Positions 60,969 through 64,000 of a stretch of DNA of 64,000 nt are shown here, one piece after another; position 1 is the stretch's first letter; the number at the start of each line of letters is the position of its first letter. Source of the DNA: an uncultured Vibrio sp. (GTDB lineage Bacteria; Pseudomonadota; Gammaproteobacteria; Enterobacterales; Vibrionaceae); assembly GCA_947504195.1 (NCBI GenBank), contig CANNGN010000008.1, forward strand, positions 12,574 through 76,573, given 5' to 3'. The position numbers were made by a program, and so were the translations under genes. Under the pieces are notes generated by a model that saw only the letters and a list, made by a program, of their open reading frames with translations, was not told the DNA's origin and did no database searches.

Positions 60969-61913
60969 GTGAAGCAATTACACGAGATGGTTAATACCAT
61001 AGGGCAAGATCTGAAACGCCGCTATGGTGAAAAAGTTCATAAACTCGGTTTACATGGTGGCTTCAGTTGTCCCAACCGTGATGGGACGATTGGAAAAGGC
61101 GGATGTACTTTTTGTAATGTCTCTTCTTTCGTTGATGAAACAACCCAGCAAGACTCGATTCCAGACCAATTAGAAGCCAGAGCGAATGAGGTAACGCGTG
61201 CTAAGAAATATTTAGCCTACTTTCAAGCTTACACGAACACTTATGCTGAAGTACAAGTGTTAGACAAAATGTATCAAGAGGCGCTACTCGGTAAAGATAT
61301 TGTTGGTTTGTGCGTGGGGACTCGCCCAGATTGTGTGCCTACGGCAGTACTGGATCTTTTAAGTAATTATCATACTCAAGGCTATGAAGTGTGGTTAGAG
61401 TTAGGGTTACAAACCGCTCATGATCATACTCTGAAAAAAATTAATCGTGGTCATGACTTTGCTTGTTATCAAGCGACGACAGAGAAAGCGCGCGCATTAG
61501 GAATCAAAGTGTGTACTCACCTTATTATCGGGTTACCTGGAGAGACTCATCAGGATAATATAATGACTTTGGATCAGGTGCTTGCGGTTGGTACTGATGG
61601 AATAAAGCTCCATGGTCTTCATATTGTAGAAGGAAGTACTATGGCAAAGGCATGGAAAGCTGGAAAGTTGGAAGCGCCCAGCTTAGAGCAATATGTGACG
61701 ACAGCGAGCGAAATGATTCGTCGCACTCCCAGAGATATTGTTTATCATCGAGTTGTTTCGACGGCGCGTCGGCCAACCCTACTTGCTCCTATGTGGTGTG
61801 AAAACCGATGGTTAGCAATGATGGAAATTGCGAATCGACTTAATCTCGATGGGGAACAAGGATCGTTGGCTACCCAAAATAGTGATGTCGAACAAATAGA
61901 AACACGTGATTAG
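60969..61913 (+). CDS. yhcC: TIGR01212-family radical SAM protein YhcC
   Basis: 314 aa. HGGFSCPNRDGTIGKGGCTFCNV, YLAYFQAYTNTYAEVQVL and GLCVGTRPDC are collinear with E. coli YhcC. Divergent from gltB as in E. coli. GTG start. Confidence 0.92.
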   Translation: MKQLHEMVNTIGQDLKRRYGEKVHKLGLHGGFSCPNRDGTIGKGGCTFCNVSSFVDETTQQDSIPDQLEARANEVTRAKKYLAYFQAYTNTYAEVQVLDKMYQEALLGKDIVGLCVGTRPDCVPTAVLDLLSNYHTQGYEVWLELGLQTAHDHTLKKINRGHDFACYQATTEKARALGIKVCTHLIIGLPGETHQDNIMTLDQVLAVGTDGIKLHGLHIVEGSTMAKAWKAGKLEAPSLEQYVTTASEMIRRTPRDIVYHRVVSTARRPTLLAPMWCENRWLAMMEIANRLNLDGEQGSLATQNSDVEQIETRD

Positions 61914-62029
61914 ACATAACTGACTTTTTTTGTCTTATACTGACCTGAACTCGCCAGTAGCTATACTGTATTCAGTATTTAACGTTTGATATCTGGTTTC
62001 CTACATTCAATTAGATTCGGAGTGATGGC

Positions 62030-64000
62030 ATGAAGCCAATGAAGAACCTTGCTCAATACTATGTCGATCTTTTAGTTAAATTGGGCATTTTACGTTTTTC
62101 TTTATTATTGGCGTTAGCATTCGTTGCTTTGGCTGTTGTTGTTCAGGTTGGTATAACGTTAGCGCTTCATGGGTCAGTGGATAATGTCGTGATTATCCGT
62201 TCGATTTTCTTTGGATTGATCATTACACCATGGGCCGTCTATTTTCTTTCTGTTGTCGTCGATCAACTAGAAGAGTCTCGTCAACGACTATCGAAGTTGG
62301 TTTCAAAGTTAAAAGATATGCGCTCTAGAGATCAAGAGCTCAATCAACAACTCCAACAGAACATTGCTAAGTTAAATTTGGAGATAGAAGAAAGAATTAA
62401 AGCTGAAGATGCTCGTAAAGCAGCAATGGTGGATTTAGAAAGTGAAGTCCGTCAGCGAGAGAACACCCAGCTTGAATTAGCGGAGCAAACCGCATTGCTG
62501 CGTTCATTTATTGATGCATCTCCGGATTTAATTTATTACCGAAATGCCGATGGTGTCTTTTCAGGGTGTAACCTCGCACTTGAAGAGTTAACCGGTAAGA
62601 AAGAGAGTGAATTAGTCGGGTTAACTCCTTGGGATGTATATCGTAAGGAGATCGCAAAAGAAATTGTGGCGACTGATGAACTGGTATTCACTCAAAATCG
62701 CTCGATCACTTATGAACAATGGCTAGAGTACCCTGATGGGCATAAAAACTATTTCGAACTACGTAAAGTGCCATTTTACAACAATGAAGGTCGTCATTTA
62801 GGCTTAGTTGGTTTTGGGCGTGATATTACCGAACGCAAGCGTCATGAAGATTCCCTTGAAAAAGCGAGCCAAGATAAGACGACATTCATTTCGACAATCA
62901 GTCATGAATTACGAACCCCACTGAATGGGATTGTCGGTTTAAGCCGTATGTTGCTTGATACAACCATGTCAGAAGAACAGCGTAAATATATGCAAACTAT
63001 TCACGTTAGTGCTGTGACTTTAGGCAATATATTTAATGACATCATTGATATTGATAAATTTGATCGTCGCAAATTGGACTTACTACCTGAAACTCTGAAT
63101 TTTCAAGAATTTGTCGCTGAGCTTGAGAGTCTTGCTGCGTTAATGGCACAGCAAAAAGGGCTACGTTTTGATCTTGAGCGTTTAAGCGATCTTCCTACTT
63201 ACGTTCAAGTCGATGGTACTCGTTTACGTCAGGTGCTTTGGAATATTCTTAGCAACGCGATTAAGTTCACTAAAGAAGGTGGGGTTGTCGTGAATGTTAG
63301 CGCCGATATTGAAGCTGAGCAGGCGCATATAATTATTGATGTTGAAGATAGTGGTATTGGCATTCCAGAGGAAGAACTCGAGAAAATCTTTGCAATGTAT
63401 TACCAAGTGAAAAGTGGCAAAGATAATCTGCATGCGGTTGGTACGGGTATTGGTTTGTCAGTTTCAAAACAGCTAATGAAGTTGATGGGAGGCGATATTT
63501 CCGTCTCTAGCGAAGATGGTTTTGGCAGTACTTTTAGTGTCACATTTAGTGTTCCTTTGATGCCACATCCGTTTTCTCAGGCAGAGCCTATCTCTTCATG
63601 TAAAAGCTTGAACATTTTCATGGTAGAAGATATTGAGTTAAATGTAACGGTTGCCCGGTCTTTATTAGAGAGTATGGGGCACAGTGTTGAAGTTGCGATG
63701 TGTGGAGAGGATGCTAAGAACCTCTTTATTCCAGGTATGTATGACTTGGTTTTTCTCGATATTCAACTTCCGGACATGACGGGCTTTGATGTAGCTGCTT
63801 ATTACAGAAAAACTTACGAAGCGAATGGGATTGGGTTACCTCCCTTAGTTGCATTAACGGCTAATTTACTGAAAGACAAAAATGAATATTTACGTCAAGG
63901 GCTAGATGATGCCATTAGTAAGCCTCTGTCTGTTGTCGATATCAAATCGGTTATCGATAAACTCTGTGTTCGGACTGGTTCTATTGAGGCTCCCCAAACT
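62030..64000 (+). CDS. arcB: Aerobic respiration control sensor kinase ArcB, N-terminal 657 codons (continues past the window)
   Basis: Own translation: MKPMKNLAQYYVDLLVKLGILRFSLLLALAF...ITPWAVYFLSVVVDQLEESRQRL... . PAS domain, H-box ISHELRTPLNGIVGLSRML, N/G boxes, receiver LDIQLPDMTG. Closely parallels E. coli ArcB. It is not in the ORF track because there is no stop in the window. Confidence 0.95.
   Translation, partial: MKPMKNLAQYYVDLLVKLGILRFSLLLALAFVALAVVVQVGITLALHGSVDNVVIIRSIFFGLIITPWAVYFLSVVVDQLEESRQRLSKLVSKLKDMRSRDQELNQQLQQNIAKLNLEIEERIKAEDARKAAMVDLESEVRQRENTQLELAEQTALLRSFIDASPDLIYYRNADGVFSGCNLALEELTGKKESELVGLTPWDVYRKEIAKEIVATDELVFTQNRSITYEQWLEYPDGHKNYFELRKVPFYNNEGRHLGLVGFGRDITERKRHEDSLEKASQDKTTFISTISHELRTPLNGIVGLSRMLLDTTMSEEQRKYMQTIHVSAVTLGNIFNDIIDIDKFDRRKLDLLPETLNFQEFVAELESLAALMAQQKGLRFDLERLSDLPTYVQVDGTRLRQVLWNILSNAIKFTKEGGVVVNVSADIEAEQAHIIIDVEDSGIGIPEEELEKIFAMYYQVKSGKDNLHAVGTGIGLSVSKQLMKLMGGDISVSSEDGFGSTFSVTFSVPLMPHPFSQAEPISSCKSLNIFMVEDIELNVTVARSLLESMGHSVEVAMCGEDAKNLFIPGMYDLVFLDIQLPDMTGFDVAAYYRKTYEANGIGLPPLVALTANLLKDKNEYLRQGLDDAISKPLSVVDIKSVIDKLCVRTGSIEAPQT

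Overview
This 64 kb window reads as a core housekeeping stretch of a Vibrionaceae-type gammaproteobacterial chromosome. That assignment rests on gene order and on protein similarity to remembered E. coli and Vibrio sequences. The sequence looks AT-rich by eye; nothing was computed. Almost all of it is densely packed, intact, recognisable genes.

Gene order:
- ypjD' (partial), divergent from ffh
- rpsP-rimM-trmD-rplS
- degS and degQ (minus strand)
- yhcB, divergent from zapE
- rplM-rpsI
- petABC (cytochrome bc1)
- sspAB
- dolP-diaA-yraN-lpoA (minus strand), divergent from rsmI
- RNase P RNA (rnpB)
- a complete dcw cluster: rsmH-ftsL-ftsI-murE-murF-mraY-murD-ftsW-murG-murC-ftsQ-ftsA-ftsZ-lpxC
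- secA-mutT
- dapB
- carAB
- yadS-btuF-cobD/cbiB-like-mtnN (minus strand)
- two different glutamate synthase operons in tandem (minus strand)
- yhcC
- the 5' two-thirds of arcB

I saw no mobile elements, CRISPR arrays, tRNA or rRNA genes, prophage or defence genes, or pseudogenes. I cannot honestly point to a convincing new biological system here.

The observations most worth a second look:
1. Two non-identical gltBD operons lie in tandem, and the divergent pair occupies the yhcC-arcB-proximal slot.
2. The dcw cluster has no mraZ and starts about 180 bp after rnpB.
3. A 480 bp carAB control region carries a near-consensus promoter whose predicted initially transcribed sequence is AATTTG (pyrBI-like reiterative-transcription motif). 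It also has an ARG-box-like site on the Shine-Dalgarno sequence, a perfect GATC-centred palindrome and a conserved TTG start.
4. The lpxC-secA spacer has no secM-like ORF. It holds an orphan antisense ORF and a double-GATC palindrome just before secA.
5. An orphan 64-codon ORF and three inverted repeats lie in the gltB-2 upstream region.

Several ORF-track starts are 5'-extended; I corrected them using homologue N-termini and Shine-Dalgarno placement.
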